In this document: positions 19,725 to 30,304 of the stretch, piece by piece
How positions within the stretch are numbered: position 1 is the stretch's first letter
How the letters are laid out: each line of letters opens with the position of its first letter
DNA from: Thermostichus sp. DRC_bins_24
Lineage (GTDB): Bacteria > Cyanobacteriota > Cyanobacteriia > Thermostichales > Thermostichaceae
Assembly (NCBI GenBank): GCA_039794845.1
Contig: JAUQVK010000025.1
Span: 32,001 to 96,000, forward strand
DNA: 64,000 bases
Direction of reading: 5' to 3'
Position numbers and translations under genes: made by a program
The notes under the pieces: generated by a model
Database searches by the model: none
The model's input: the letters and a program-made list of their open reading frames with translations, nothing else
Told to the model about the DNA's origin: nothing

Positions 19725-20489
19725 ATGCTTGAGCAAGAACACCGGCTAGCCCGCCGCAATGGGTCGAATGGGTCGGTCGGATCCCTAGAACGTCTGGCCG
19801 AAACTTCCACTCCGGCTCCCCCGCCCGTGGTACAGATGGCTGGGGTGAGTAAGGTGTATCTGCTGCCAGAGGGCAGTTTTCAAGCCCTTTACGATATCAA
19901 CCTGGTGATCGAGCCCGGAGAGTATTGCGCAATCATGGGGCCCTCGGGTTCGGGCAAATCCACCCTGATGAACATCATCGGTTGTTTGGATCGGCCCAGT
20001 TCCGGGCACTACTGGCTGGATGGGGTGGAGGTGTCTACCCTGTCGGATCGGGAGCTGGCCCACATTCGCAATCAAAAAATTGGCTTTGTCTTTCAGCAAT
20101 TTCATCTGCTCCCCGTGTTGACGGCGTTGGAAAATGTCATGCTACCCCTGGCTTACAGCGGGATCCCGGAACCGGAGCAACGCCGGCGGGCTAAGCAGGC
20201 TCTGGAACAAGTGGGGTTGGGGAGCAAATTGCAGCAGCGCCCGGCCCAGCTGTCTGGGGGCCAGCAGCAGCGGGTTGCCATTGCCCGTGCCATTGTCAAC
20301 CGACCCCGACTCTTGCTGGCGGATGAACCAACGGGGGCCTTGGATAGCCACACCAGCCAGGAAGTGCTGAACATTTTCGCCGATCTGCACCGGCAGGGCA
20401 TGACAATCGCCATGGTTACCCACGGCATTGAGGTGGCCCAAGCCGCTGAGCGCATTATCCGGGTTGGGGATGGACGTTTGTTGGGTTGA
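19725..20489 (+). CDS. ABC ATP-binding protein (MacB/LolD-type)
   Basis: GPSGSGKST, GFVFQQFHL, LSGGQQQRVAIAR, LLADEPT, VTH. Confidence 0.95.
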   Translation: MLEQEHRLARRNGSNGSVGSLERLAETSTPAPPPVVQMAGVSKVYLLPEGSFQALYDINLVIEPGEYCAIMGPSGSGKSTLMNIIGCLDRPSSGHYWLDGVEVSTLSDRELAHIRNQKIGFVFQQFHLLPVLTALENVMLPLAYSGIPEPEQRRRAKQALEQVGLGSKLQQRPAQLSGGQQQRVAIARAIVNRPRLLLADEPTGALDSHTSQEVLNIFADLHRQGMTIAMVTHGIEVAQAAERIIRVGDGRLLG

Positions 20490-20559
20490 GGAGAACAGGG
20501 ATCCCCACCAGTCTGTTCGGATCGGGATAGATCTATCTAATCCCTAATCCATCTGGTGC

Positions 20560-20665
20560 GCTTCTCCTGTTCTTGCTCCGTGAGGTGCGGAGCGCTATTC
20601 CTCCGGATGCTAAGTCTCAGCCTCCACAGTTGTTGTAGCTGTACATGACCAGCGAAAAGGCTGTA
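20560..20665 (+). mobile_element. MITE-like repeat, partial copy (right part)
   Basis: Shares CCTCCACAGTTGTTGTAG (20621-38 = 52528-45) and flanking similarity with 52430-52566; ends AAAAGGCTGTA. Confidence 0.72.
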
Positions 20666-20710
20666 GGCTACTCTGGACGCAACTGAGGGCTTGGGCCAAG
20701 GGATCCGCCA

Positions 20711-21271
20711 ATGGGACTCATCGACGATCTGATCCGGTTTTTGGAAACCCGCCTGGAGGAGTTTCTTAAGGCCCACCCGGAGATCGAGCTGCAAGCCCTC
20801 GATGAGCAGTTGCGCCAGCAAGAATCCGATACCCTGCGCCTGCTGCAGGAGAGCCGTACCCAAGAACAAGCTTTACAAAAGAGCATTCTCAGCTTGGGAG
20901 AAGAGATCAAAACCTGGCACTTTCGCATTGAAAAGGCTCGGCGTGCCAACCGCCCCGATTTGGCTCAGGGTGCCCAACGGCGTGAGGCAGATCTGTTGCA
21001 AAAAGGCAGTCAGTTGTGGAGCCAAATGAAAGGCTTAAAAGAGAAAATCCAGCAAATGGAGGGGCTGTTGCCGCAAATTCGGCAGCGTCGCCAAGAGGTA
21101 AAAGCCAAGCTGCAGGAGGTGAAAGCTGCGCAAGCCAAAAGTGCCAGCCGCAACGACTTCGGATTTGGCGGTTGGGCCAAACCGTCCGATGCCTGGGATG
21201 ACTTGGAAAAGCAATTTCATCAGCTGGAAGTGGAGGAGGAGTTGCGGAAGCTGCGACAGCAGCGGCGCTAA
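20711..21271 (+). CDS. PspA-like coiled-coil protein (TIGR04376-type)
   Basis: MGLIDDLIRFLETRLEEFL..HP, C-terminal DDLEKQF..LE.EEEL. Confidence 0.85.
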   Translation: MGLIDDLIRFLETRLEEFLKAHPEIELQALDEQLRQQESDTLRLLQESRTQEQALQKSILSLGEEIKTWHFRIEKARRANRPDLAQGAQRREADLLQKGSQLWSQMKGLKEKIQQMEGLLPQIRQRRQEVKAKLQEVKAAQAKSASRNDFGFGGWAKPSDAWDDLEKQFHQLEVEEELRKLRQQRR

Positions 21272-22272
21272 CGTTGCCCCCGCAAATAAGGGATCCCCAG
21301 AGCTGCCGGGGCCTCCACCTGTTTGCCCTTACGCCACAACACCGCCAAGGTGAGCAAATAGGGCAGCATCAACAAAAACTCATAGGGAAATTGCTGGGAT
21401 CCCAGGGCTTGAATGCGAAACTGCAGTGCATCCGCCACCCCGAACAACAAAGAACCCAGCAGGGCATGCCAGGGGTGCCAACGGGCAAAAAACACCAGCG
21501 CCACTGCGATCCACCCTCGTCCGGCAGTGATCCCTTCCGCAAACAGACGCAACTGCACCACCGTCAGCACAGCCCCCCCCAGCCCTGCCAGTGCCGAGCC
21601 GATCAAAATGGCAATCCAACGGGTTCTCTCAACGTCAATGCCAGATGTCTCCGCTGCCGCCGGATTTTCCCCCACCGCCCGCAACGAACGACCAAAGCGT
21701 GTGCGAAACAGCAAAAACCAACAGCCCACCACCAACAGGCCACTTAGGTATACCATCGGGTCGTGGTTAAACAACACCGTGCCCACCCCTGGGATCTCTG
21801 ACAAGCCTGGAATCGGCCAAGGGGAAAGCCCCGTCACCCGTACATTGCTGTTGGGCAACAGTTGCCGAAACAGATAGGTGCTCAACCCTTGCCCCAGCAA
21901 CACCAGCGTTACCCCCGCCACCACCTGATCCGCCTTGAGCCGCACCGCCAAAATCGCCATCACGGATCCCATTGCCATGCCCGCCAGGATCCCCGCCGCC
22001 AATCCTGCCCACGCTGCCCCCGGCACTCCCGCCTGTTCCAGATGATAGGTGGTGGCAAAGCCCGCCAGAGACCCCATCAGCAGGATCCCCTCCAGGCCCA
22101 AGTTGAGAATGCCCGACCGCTGGGTGATCACCTCCCCCAACACCGCCAGCAAGACCGGCACCGCCAAACGAATACCAGATACCAACAACGAGATCAAAAA
22201 GCTCCAGGTGAAGATGCGCTCCAGCAGGGTTTGGCCCAGCAGCCCATCTGGTGGGGGAAAAGGCAGGTTCAT
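21268..22272 (-). CDS. Nucleoside/sugar-type ABC permease
   Basis: RSGILNLGLEG, LRAVGENP, AGRGWIAVALV, MLPY, APAALGIPY. Confidence 0.93.
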   Translation of the reverse strand: MNLPFPPPDGLLGQTLLERIFTWSFLISLLVSGIRLAVPVLLAVLGEVITQRSGILNLGLEGILLMGSLAGFATTYHLEQAGVPGAAWAGLAAGILAGMAMGSVMAILAVRLKADQVVAGVTLVLLGQGLSTYLFRQLLPNSNVRVTGLSPWPIPGLSEIPGVGTVLFNHDPMVYLSGLLVVGCWFLLFRTRFGRSLRAVGENPAAAETSGIDVERTRWIAILIGSALAGLGGAVLTVVQLRLFAEGITAGRGWIAVALVFFARWHPWHALLGSLLFGVADALQFRIQALGSQQFPYEFLLMLPYLLTLAVLWRKGKQVEAPAALGIPYLRGQR

Positions 22273-22400
22273 ATTTTTTAAGGATCAAATTTAAGAATCA
22301 AACCCCAAAAGCCGGAAGAGGTCTCTTTTAAGTAAGATGCCCCAGTTTGAGCATGGGATCGGTTAGTGGCGAACTTCACAGCCCAACTTGTAGTCACCCC

Positions 22401-22510
22401 AAGCAAGAACGATACACTTTTTGACTCCCCTCTCCCGCTCTGGGAGGAGGGCTACGGCCGGTGCCACGCTGCGCGAAGAGGGTGAGGGCAAGTGTTGCCA
22501 ACTCGATTCA
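22401..22510 (+). repeat. ~110 bp REP-like palindromic dispersed repeat, copy A
   Basis: CCCCTCTCCCGCTCTGGGAG...GCTGCGCGAAG.GGGTGAGG; matches 49212-49320. Confidence 0.85.
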
Positions 22511-22581
22511 TAAGGACTATGGTCTATCCTCCGGGTTTTTATTGCGGTGGAGGCCCAAGACAAACTCCCCACTTCCTGTCT

Positions 22582-24282
22582 ATGATCGGGGCCATTCTCT
22601 GGAGTTGGGGTGCCGAGGTGTTGGCTTGGTGGAAGACATCAGGGATCCGCTGGATGATTGGGATCCTCAGTGGTCTGGTGTTGTTATGCACCTGGAGTAT
22701 GGGGATGGAAGCCCAGATTTTCTGGCCAAGGACGGGATCCCCTGCTCTGCCGGACGCCAGTGAGCCGCAACGCACCCTCTCCTTAAACAGCTTTTGTCAG
22801 CAATCGCCTGCCGAAATCGCCCGTAAAACCGAACTACGCCAGCAAGCCAACCAGTCAGACTCCGCCTGGGCCGACTACACGCAAATCCTGGCAGACCATC
22901 GCGCTGCCCTAATCGCCTGCCGCAGCCAACGCTGGCCCCAGATCCAAGCCATTTGGGTCCGTCTTCATCCTTGTGATGCCCATCCAGGGGTGTTGGATCA
23001 AGTGTTCGACCAAGTGGTGAACTTGGGCTACAACCGCGTGTTTATCGAGACCTTTTACGATGGCCGCTCCATTTTGCCGGAGGGTGGGGCTTGGCCCAGC
23101 ATTCAGCCCAATGCCGATCTGTTGGATCTGGCCCTGAAAGCCGCACGACAACGGGGATTATCCGCCTACGCTTGGGTGTTTTCCCTCAACTTTGGCTACA
23201 GCTACGGGCAACGCCCCGATCGACAGGTGGCCTTAGCCCGCAACGGTCGAGGGATTACCACCGTCTTGGATCCCGCCACGGCCCATTTGGAGGACTTGGG
23301 TAGCCCGGATGAGGTGTTTGTGGATCCCTTTCATCCTCTGGCCCGACAGGATTTTGCCGAGTTAATGGGGCGTCTACTGCAGCGACGACCCGACGGGATC
23401 CTCTTCGACTACATTCGCTATCCGCGCGGTTCGGGAGGCTCCAGCGTGGCGGCCACTGTCAAAGATCTCTGGATTCATGGAGAGGCAGCTCGGCAAGCCT
23501 ATCTGGATAGGGCAGAAAACCCAGCCGGTCGTGCCCTGTTGGAGCGCTATTTGGCCCAGGGCTATGTGACGGTGGGCGATGTGTTGCAATTGGATGAACG
23601 CTATGGAGAGGAGCCCAAGTGGCATTGGCCGGGGGAACCGGAGCCCAACCCTGCAGGGATCCCTGAGCTGGAATTAGCCCTTTCTCCCGAGCTGTGGGAT
23701 GAGGAGGCCCCGTTGATGGGTTTGGACTCTGAAATCCAGATGGATTTTCCTCCCCCAAAGGACGTGGATCCCACCCCCACGCCCACCCCCAATGCGGCTA
23801 TCCGACAGGAGCGCTGGCAGAACGAGCTTTGGGCCTTCAGCACAGACTTCGCCCGCTACGGAATCTTGGACTACTTGAATCAGGCAGCCCAACCGGCCCA
23901 GGCCCTCGGGATCCCTACCGGGGCGGTCTTTTTCCCAGATGGCAACCAAGCGGTGAGGGGAAAAGGATTTGATGCCCGCCTCCAGCCGTGGGATCGCTTC
24001 GACCCGACCATGGAATGGCACCCAATGGCCTATGCCAAGTGTGAGGATGCCTCCTGTGTGGCGCAGCAGGTGGAGCAAGTCTTGACGATGGCCTCTCCCC
24101 AAACCTTTGTCTGCCCGGCCATCGCCGGATTGTGGGGGCAACCGCAACGCCAGCGTCCTGCCCTAGAGGTGCAAATGGGAGAATTGGCCCGTCGGTTTCC
24201 GCAGCTGCCTTGCGTAAGCCATTTTGCCCTTTCTTGGATTGAACCCGAACTGGAGCGCAGCCGCCGAGCCTGCCAATTGTAG
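22582..24282 (+). CDS. Glycoside-hydrolase-like family 10 (DUF187-type) secreted protein; start uncertain
   Basis: AIWVRL, GYNRVFIETFYDG, YAWVFSLNFG, FVDP, GILFDYIRYP; acidic/Pro-rich insert. Confidence 0.8.
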   Translation: MIGAILWSWGAEVLAWWKTSGIRWMIGILSGLVLLCTWSMGMEAQIFWPRTGSPALPDASEPQRTLSLNSFCQQSPAEIARKTELRQQANQSDSAWADYTQILADHRAALIACRSQRWPQIQAIWVRLHPCDAHPGVLDQVFDQVVNLGYNRVFIETFYDGRSILPEGGAWPSIQPNADLLDLALKAARQRGLSAYAWVFSLNFGYSYGQRPDRQVALARNGRGITTVLDPATAHLEDLGSPDEVFVDPFHPLARQDFAELMGRLLQRRPDGILFDYIRYPRGSGGSSVAATVKDLWIHGEAARQAYLDRAENPAGRALLERYLAQGYVTVGDVLQLDERYGEEPKWHWPGEPEPNPAGIPELELALSPELWDEEAPLMGLDSEIQMDFPPPKDVDPTPTPTPNAAIRQERWQNELWAFSTDFARYGILDYLNQAAQPAQALGIPTGAVFFPDGNQAVRGKGFDARLQPWDRFDPTMEWHPMAYAKCEDASCVAQQVEQVLTMASPQTFVCPAIAGLWGQPQRQRPALEVQMGELARRFPQLPCVSHFALSWIEPELERSRRACQL

Positions 24283-24477
24283 GATTATTCTCAAAAACGG
24301 GATCCCCGAGGGTGAACCACTTTAAACCTTTGTTTCATCGTGATCCCTGCTACCGGCGCCAATCCACCCACCCTGCAAGATCAGCCTTGGGATCCGACCG
24401 GATGAACTCGGCTGGGCGCAAGAGCAAATGGCATGGCAGAAAAACGGGTTGCGGATGGTTTCGCGGCGTATCGGCTT

Positions 24478-26223
24478 ATGAACCCCTTGATCATTGTGTG
24501 TGGCCTCGGTCGCACCGGCTTAAACATTTTCCGGCTTTTGCAGCAGCAGGGGGCTCAGGGATCCCTGGTGCGCGGCATCAGTGATGTACCGATAGAGGGC
24601 GAGAATGGCGAGACGATTGTGATCGGGGATCCCCGACGGGCAGAAACCTTGATTGCTGCCGGTATTCAGCGGGCCCACACGCTGGTCTTGGCGGGGGCAG
24701 ACCATACGCTCAATTTGGCCATTCTCACCCAGGCACGGGTGCTCAACCCTCACATCCGCATCATCAACCGCATTTTGGATCCCCACTTGGGCGAACACCT
24801 GGATCGGATCTTGCCGGATCATTTCACCCTCAGCGTCGCCGCGTTGGCCGCCCCCATTTTTACCTTTGCGGCCTTGGGCAGTCGGGCGATTGGGCAACTG
24901 CAACTGTTCGACCAAACCTGGCCGATTCACGAAGAGGTGATCACCCCAGACCACCCCTGGTGTGGACGGCGCATGAACGAGTTTTGGGACAACAAAAACC
25001 GCATGTTGATCTACTATCTTTCGGCGCGGGATCCCATGGATTTGGTGTCAGCCGTGATCCAAGAGCGGGTGCTGCAACCGGGGGATCGCCTGTTGATCGG
25101 CAACAAACCCACCCAAGCGCGACGGCAACAGCCTTGGCAAGAGCGCTTGCGCAAGCTTTGGAAAGGGATCCAACGTCTGCAACACCACGATCAGCCGATT
25201 CTGGCGGTGACCCTCACCCTGTTGCTGACGATCTTTCTGGCCACCTGTACTTATCTGGCTGTGGATCTGGATACTCCGTTTGTGGATGCCCTGTATTTTT
25301 CGGTGGGCATGATCACCGGGGCCGGTGGCCAAGAAGAAGTAGCAGAAACAGCCCCGGCAGGGATCAAACTCTTTACTGCAGTGATGATGTTGGTGGGGGC
25401 AGGCATCATCGGCATTTGCTACGCCCTGCTCAACGATTTCATTTTGGGATCCCGATTGCGACAGGTCTGGGATATGGCGCGCGCTCCCCAAAGGGGCCAC
25501 TACATCATCTGCGGGTTGGGGGGAATCGGGATCAACATTGCCAGCCAGTTGCAGGCTGGTGGCCACGAAGTGGTGGTGATCGAGCGGGATGGGGAATGTC
25601 GCTTTTTAAGCAGTGCGCGGGAGCAGCGGATCCCGGTGTTGATCGCCGATGCCAGCCTTTCGGATACCCTGACGGCGGCCCACGTTCAACAGGCAGAAGC
25701 CCTGATCGCCGTCACCAGCAACGATACGGTCAATCTGCAGGTGGCCTTGGCAGCCAAAGGCTTGGCCCCGCGCCTGCCGGTGGTGGTGCGCAACCACGAT
25801 CCCGACTTTGCCCGGCAAGTGCAGCAGGTGTTCGAGTTTGAAGCGGTGCTCAGCCCGGCAGAATTGGTGGCACCGACCTTTGCAGCGGCGGCTTTGGGGG
25901 GCAAAATTCTCGGCAATGGCCTGGTGGGCAACCGGCTTTGGGTGGCCCTGGGCACGCTGATCACCCGCAACCACAGCTTTTTTGGCCGACAAATCAAAGA
26001 AATTGCCGCCGCAGTGGATCTAGTACCCCTTTACCTGGAGCGCCCCACCGGTCGAATCCACGGCTGGGAGTTGCTGGTTGCGGTTCTGCAAGAGGGGGAT
26101 GTGCTCTACCTAACGATCCCGGCGGCCCAGTTGGATCATCTATGGCGCTCCACCTCCAACCCGGACAGCCCAAAACGGGATCCCTACTTTTTCTCTCAGG
26201 TGGAGGGTTTGGCGGATGCTTGA
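24478..26223 (+). CDS. TrkA_N/RCK-domain potassium-channel-like protein
   Basis: Two I.CGLG NAD-binding RCK domains flanking a 2-TM pore (DALYFSVGMITGAGG). Confidence 0.88.
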   Translation: MNPLIIVCGLGRTGLNIFRLLQQQGAQGSLVRGISDVPIEGENGETIVIGDPRRAETLIAAGIQRAHTLVLAGADHTLNLAILTQARVLNPHIRIINRILDPHLGEHLDRILPDHFTLSVAALAAPIFTFAALGSRAIGQLQLFDQTWPIHEEVITPDHPWCGRRMNEFWDNKNRMLIYYLSARDPMDLVSAVIQERVLQPGDRLLIGNKPTQARRQQPWQERLRKLWKGIQRLQHHDQPILAVTLTLLLTIFLATCTYLAVDLDTPFVDALYFSVGMITGAGGQEEVAETAPAGIKLFTAVMMLVGAGIIGICYALLNDFILGSRLRQVWDMARAPQRGHYIICGLGGIGINIASQLQAGGHEVVVIERDGECRFLSSAREQRIPVLIADASLSDTLTAAHVQQAEALIAVTSNDTVNLQVALAAKGLAPRLPVVVRNHDPDFARQVQQVFEFEAVLSPAELVAPTFAAAALGGKILGNGLVGNRLWVALGTLITRNHSFFGRQIKEIAAAVDLVPLYLERPTGRIHGWELLVAVLQEGDVLYLTIPAAQLDHLWRSTSNPDSPKRDPYFFSQVEGLADA

Positions 26224-26232
26224 CACAGCTCC

Positions 26233-28029
26233 CTACATCGACTCTGGTGCGCTCAGCCCCAGAATGCCCGTGAGCAGATTAAACAACACCTGGCGCGTGG
26301 CCTGTACCAGCTGAATTCGCGCTTGCGCCAACTCGGGATCCTCCTGTAGGAGGGGCAGGATCCGGCAGTTGTCGTAAAACTTGTTGAAATCAGCAGCAAC
26401 CGCTTCGGTGTAGCGGATGATTTTGTGGGGAGCCCGTTCTTCCGCAGCGGCGATCAACTCATCTGGCAAGGCCACTAGGCGCAGCAACAGGTGCCGTTCT
26501 TCCGGCTCTTTGTAAGGGAGTTCCCCCTTGTCCGAGAGTGACACTGTCGGGGTTAGTTCTACTTGTTCTTCTTCTTGCAGCCGCCGCAATAGGGTGCAAC
26601 AGCGGGCATGGCTGTAGTGCACATACACCACGGGGTTATCGAAGGTTTGCTTAACGGCCAAATCCAGATCGAAATGGATCGGGCTATCCATACTGTTGCT
26701 GAGCAAAAACCAGCGGGCAGCATCGGCTCCCACCCCAATGTCGGGATCCTCGATCAGATCGTTTAAGGAGACAAAATTGCCGGTGCGTTTGGACATGCGT
26801 ACTTCGGTTTTTTCGCCCGTTTCCGGATCCGTTTTGAACAATTTGACAAACTGACCGATTAAAATCTCCAGCTTGACCTCCAAGCTAAAAGCCCCCACCG
26901 CCGCATTCAGCCGACCGATGTAACCGTGGTGATCCGAGCCAAGAATGTTGATCAGCCGCTGGTAGCCACGCCGCACTTTATCTCGGTGATAGGCAATATC
27001 GGCCGCCAGATAGGTTACGGAGCCATCGGCTTTTTGTACCACCCGATCTTTGTCGTCGCCAAATTCTCGGGTTTTGAAATAGATGGCTTCTTCGGCATTG
27101 GGCTTGGGATCCTCACCGCGCGGAGCCTTGGCCCTGTAGAGAAAGCCTCGCTCCTGCAGTTCCTGTAGAGACTGTTGGATGGCGCTCAGGCCCGTCTGGG
27201 GATCGGGGGCGTGTAAACGGCGCTCGCTGAACCATTGCTCAAACTCCGTTTGCAGCTGCCGGAGGGTGTTTTTTTGCCAAGCGAGCATTTCCCCATAGGC
27301 AAAATCGGTGTACTCCTCCAGGGTGGCGGGCAGGGTACGGATCCCGGCTTTGACTTGATCCAACAGCCGTTGCGCCACATCGATCAAGTAAGTACCGCGA
27401 TAGGCATCATCCGGCAGGGGAATGTCTTCTCCTTGCAGCTGCTTCACCCGCACCGCCAAGGACTTGCCCAAAATCTGCATTTGGTTGCCGGCATCGTTGA
27501 TGTAAAACTCCCGATCCACCTGATGCCCTGTCCAGCGCAACAGATTGGCCACCGTAGAGCCGACGGCTGCCCAACGCCCATGCCCCACATGCAACGGCCC
27601 GGTTGGGTTGGCAGAGACAAACTCCAGCAGAATCCGCTCGGGGTGGGGGTTAGCTGTTTTGCCAAACTCCGACCCTAGGCTGAGTAATTCCTGTAAACGT
27701 TCCGCCAAAAAGGGATCCCCCAACCGAAAATTGATAAACCCGGCCCCTGCCACACGGGTTTCTACATTGGATAAATCCAGGTGTGCGAGGATCGCTTGGG
27801 CAATTTGCGCTGGGGCCATACCACAGAGCTTCTTCATCCCCAGGGCGGTCGGGCAGGCGTAGTCGCCATAGCGGGTATCGTTGGGGATTTGAATGACAGG
27901 GACCACCTGGGAGGTTTGGTCGGGGGCCAGGGATCCCAGATGGCCTGCTTCTGCCGCCCGTTGAATGGCCTCAGATACCGCAGCAGTGAGAAACCGAATC
28001 AAGGATGTGGACTGGGGTTGGAGTGCCAT
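26233..28029 (-). CDS. argS: Arginine--tRNA ligase
   Basis: [40 protein letters not shown]. Confidence 0.98.
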   Translation of the reverse strand: MALQPQSTSLIRFLTAAVSEAIQRAAEAGHLGSLAPDQTSQVVPVIQIPNDTRYGDYACPTALGMKKLCGMAPAQIAQAILAHLDLSNVETRVAGAGFINFRLGDPFLAERLQELLSLGSEFGKTANPHPERILLEFVSANPTGPLHVGHGRWAAVGSTVANLLRWTGHQVDREFYINDAGNQMQILGKSLAVRVKQLQGEDIPLPDDAYRGTYLIDVAQRLLDQVKAGIRTLPATLEEYTDFAYGEMLAWQKNTLRQLQTEFEQWFSERRLHAPDPQTGLSAIQQSLQELQERGFLYRAKAPRGEDPKPNAEEAIYFKTREFGDDKDRVVQKADGSVTYLAADIAYHRDKVRRGYQRLINILGSDHHGYIGRLNAAVGAFSLEVKLEILIGQFVKLFKTDPETGEKTEVRMSKRTGNFVSLNDLIEDPDIGVGADAARWFLLSNSMDSPIHFDLDLAVKQTFDNPVVYVHYSHARCCTLLRRLQEEEQVELTPTVSLSDKGELPYKEPEERHLLLRLVALPDELIAAAEERAPHKIIRYTEAVAADFNKFYDNCRILPLLQEDPELAQARIQLVQATRQVLFNLLTGILGLSAPESM

Positions 28030-28244
28030 GAGGAAACCGGGGGCATGAGCAACAGAACTTAAGTATGACAAAAGACACCCGACAACAGGGGATCCAAGCG
28101 GGAGCAGGTAGCCAAGAGTGGGGGGATCCCGATCAAGCGGAATCGAGCCGCTGGTTCGGACCCGGGGCCAGATGAAGGCGTCCCCCCGTCTTTGAATGTC
28201 GGGAGAATGTCAGAATGAGGACGATATGCTTCCTGGCGTCAACG

Positions 28245-29438
28245 ATGAAACTAGCCTACTTTGACTGTGCGGCGGGTATTGCAGGCGATATGTGTTTGGG
28301 GGCGTTACTGGATTGTGGGGTGCCCCTGGAATACCTGAACCGGCAGCTGCAGGCGTTGGGGCTAGAAGGGGAATTTCACCTACAGGTGAACCGGGTGAAG
28401 CGCTGTGGCCAACCGGCTCTGCACGTGGTGGTGGAGGTGTTGGGATCCGAGGTACACCGCGCCCGTCATTGGCCAGAAATCCAGGCCATTATCGAGGGAT
28501 CCCAGTTGGCCCCCGCCATCAAGGCCCGCAGCCTCGCGGTGTTCCACAAGCTGGCCCAGGCGGAAGCAAAGGTGCACCAAATGCCCTTGGATAAAGTTCA
28601 TTTTCACGAGGTGGGGGCGGTGGATGCCTTGGTGGATATCATCGGCACTTGCATCGGCCTCGACTGGCTGCAGGTGGAGCAGGTGTTGTCTTCTCCTCAT
28701 CCGATTGGAGGGGGCTGGGTGAATACAGAGCATGGCAAGCTTTCTGTACCGGTGCCGGCAGTGATCGAGCTGTGGGAAATGGCCCGTGTGCCGGTCTTCA
28801 GCAACGGTGTCGAAGCGGAGCTGGTCACTCCTACGGGGGCAGCTTTGGCGGTGGCTTTGGCCCAGGAGTTTGTTCCCTGCCCGCCGATGCGGGTGGAGAA
28901 AGTTGGGCGCGGGGCCGGTACCCGTGATCTGCCGATCCCGAATGTGTTCCGCCTTTGGCTCGGGGAAACCGCCGGGGCAGAGCAGACAGAAACCGTGTCG
29001 GTCTTGCAAACCCAAATCGACGATCTCAACCCTCAGGTCATCGCCTACGCCTGCGAGCAGCTGTTGGCCCTCGGCGTTTGGGATGTGTTTACCCAGCCCA
29101 TCACCATGAAGCAAGGGCGACCAGGGGTGCTGCTGACGGTGATCTGTCCGCCGGATCGGGTGCCTGAGTGTCAAAATCTGCTCTTCCGAGAGACCACTAC
29201 CCTAGGCATTCGACATTCCCAGGAGCAACGCACCCTGCTGGAGCGGGTGATCGAGCGAGTGGAAACCCCCTATGGCCTGGTGGATGTCAAGGTGGCCCGC
29301 CATCACGGCCACATCGTCAACGCCCAACCGGAGTTTCGAGATTGTGCTGCCCGCGCCCAAGAATTTCGGGTACCGGTACAGACGGTATGGTTGGCGGCCC
29401 AGTCGGTTTGGCAAAAACGCCTACAAGTGAATCCCTGA
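28245..29438 (+). CDS. larC: Nickel-insertion protein LarC
   Basis: YFDCAAGIAGDM, VHFHEVGAVD, TPTGAA, MKQGRPG, ETTTLGIR, PEFRD. Confidence 0.95.
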   Translation: MKLAYFDCAAGIAGDMCLGALLDCGVPLEYLNRQLQALGLEGEFHLQVNRVKRCGQPALHVVVEVLGSEVHRARHWPEIQAIIEGSQLAPAIKARSLAVFHKLAQAEAKVHQMPLDKVHFHEVGAVDALVDIIGTCIGLDWLQVEQVLSSPHPIGGGWVNTEHGKLSVPVPAVIELWEMARVPVFSNGVEAELVTPTGAALAVALAQEFVPCPPMRVEKVGRGAGTRDLPIPNVFRLWLGETAGAEQTETVSVLQTQIDDLNPQVIAYACEQLLALGVWDVFTQPITMKQGRPGVLLTVICPPDRVPECQNLLFRETTTLGIRHSQEQRTLLERVIERVETPYGLVDVKVARHHGHIVNAQPEFRDCAARAQEFRVPVQTVWLAAQSVWQKRLQVNP

Positions 29439-29464
29439 AGACAAAGAAAAGCGCCATGCCCGGC

Positions 29465-30271
29465 TCAGAGCAACTCGTCGATCAGCAACAACACCGGCTG
29501 TAACTCAGCCCTGAGGGATCCCGCTTGCTCCAGGTTGACCTCCACCAACTGCTTCAGGGCAAGCACCTTGATATTGGCCTCCACAGCGGCAGTGGCCATC
29601 GCCGGTGCCCCCGGCAAATAACCACTGGCCCCCAAATCCAAGAGGGCAGCCCGCCGCAAGTGAACATTCTCGTGAGCCAGCACCGGCAACAGGCGCTGGG
29701 CGAAGGCGGGATCCCCGCTGATGCGGTAGCAAGCCCGCGCAGCTGCACATTGCAGGCGAATCGAGTCGTGTTCCAGATAGGGACGAATCTGCTCGAAAGC
29801 GGTGGCCGAGCGCAGCTGGCCGAGGGCTTCGATAATCGCCTCAAGGGCAGCTAGAGCCTCTGTTTCCACCCCGACCCCGACAAAGTTCAGCCCCTCGAGC
29901 AAAACAGCCCCCAACTCCTCGATCTCGTGCCGGAGGGCAATTTCCGCCAGGGCCTGGGCCGCTGCCGCCACCACCTGGCCATCCGAGCAGCGCAGTGCCG
30001 TTTTCAGGGCTGGGATCCCGGCGGGGGATCCCAACTTGCCCAGGGCACGGGCAGCATTGCGACGCAGCGGATACCCCCCTTGGGCGGTGCGATCCCGCTC
30101 GTCTGCCAGCGCCTCGATCAAAGCCGGGATCCCTTCCGAGATGCGCATCCGCCCCAACCACCAGGCCGCATAGTAGCGTTCCCCCGGATCCCCGTGGCGC
30201 AGCTTGGCGATCTGTCCGGCGGGGGTCAGATCCGCCGGTGGATGGGGATCCAGGGGAACAGCAGTGGTCAT
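29465..30271 (-). CDS. cpcE: Phycocyanin alpha-subunit phycocyanobilin lyase subunit (HEAT repeats)
   Basis: RYYAAWWLG, GGYPLRRNAARALGKL, LRRAALLDLGA; position in the cpc operon. Confidence 0.9.
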   Translation of the reverse strand: MTTAVPLDPHPPADLTPAGQIAKLRHGDPGERYYAAWWLGRMRISEGIPALIEALADERDRTAQGGYPLRRNAARALGKLGSPAGIPALKTALRCSDGQVVAAAAQALAEIALRHEIEELGAVLLEGLNFVGVGVETEALAALEAIIEALGQLRSATAFEQIRPYLEHDSIRLQCAAARACYRISGDPAFAQRLLPVLAHENVHLRRAALLDLGASGYLPGAPAMATAAVEANIKVLALKQLVEVNLEQAGSLRAELQPVLLLIDELL

Positions 30272-30304
30272 GGAAGCAATGGCAAAGGGAACAGCAAGGA
30301 GAGA

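Noticed and set aside
28072..28244. Hairpins between argS and larC as a T-box or tRNA
   Set aside because: No T-box motif or cloverleaf recognised
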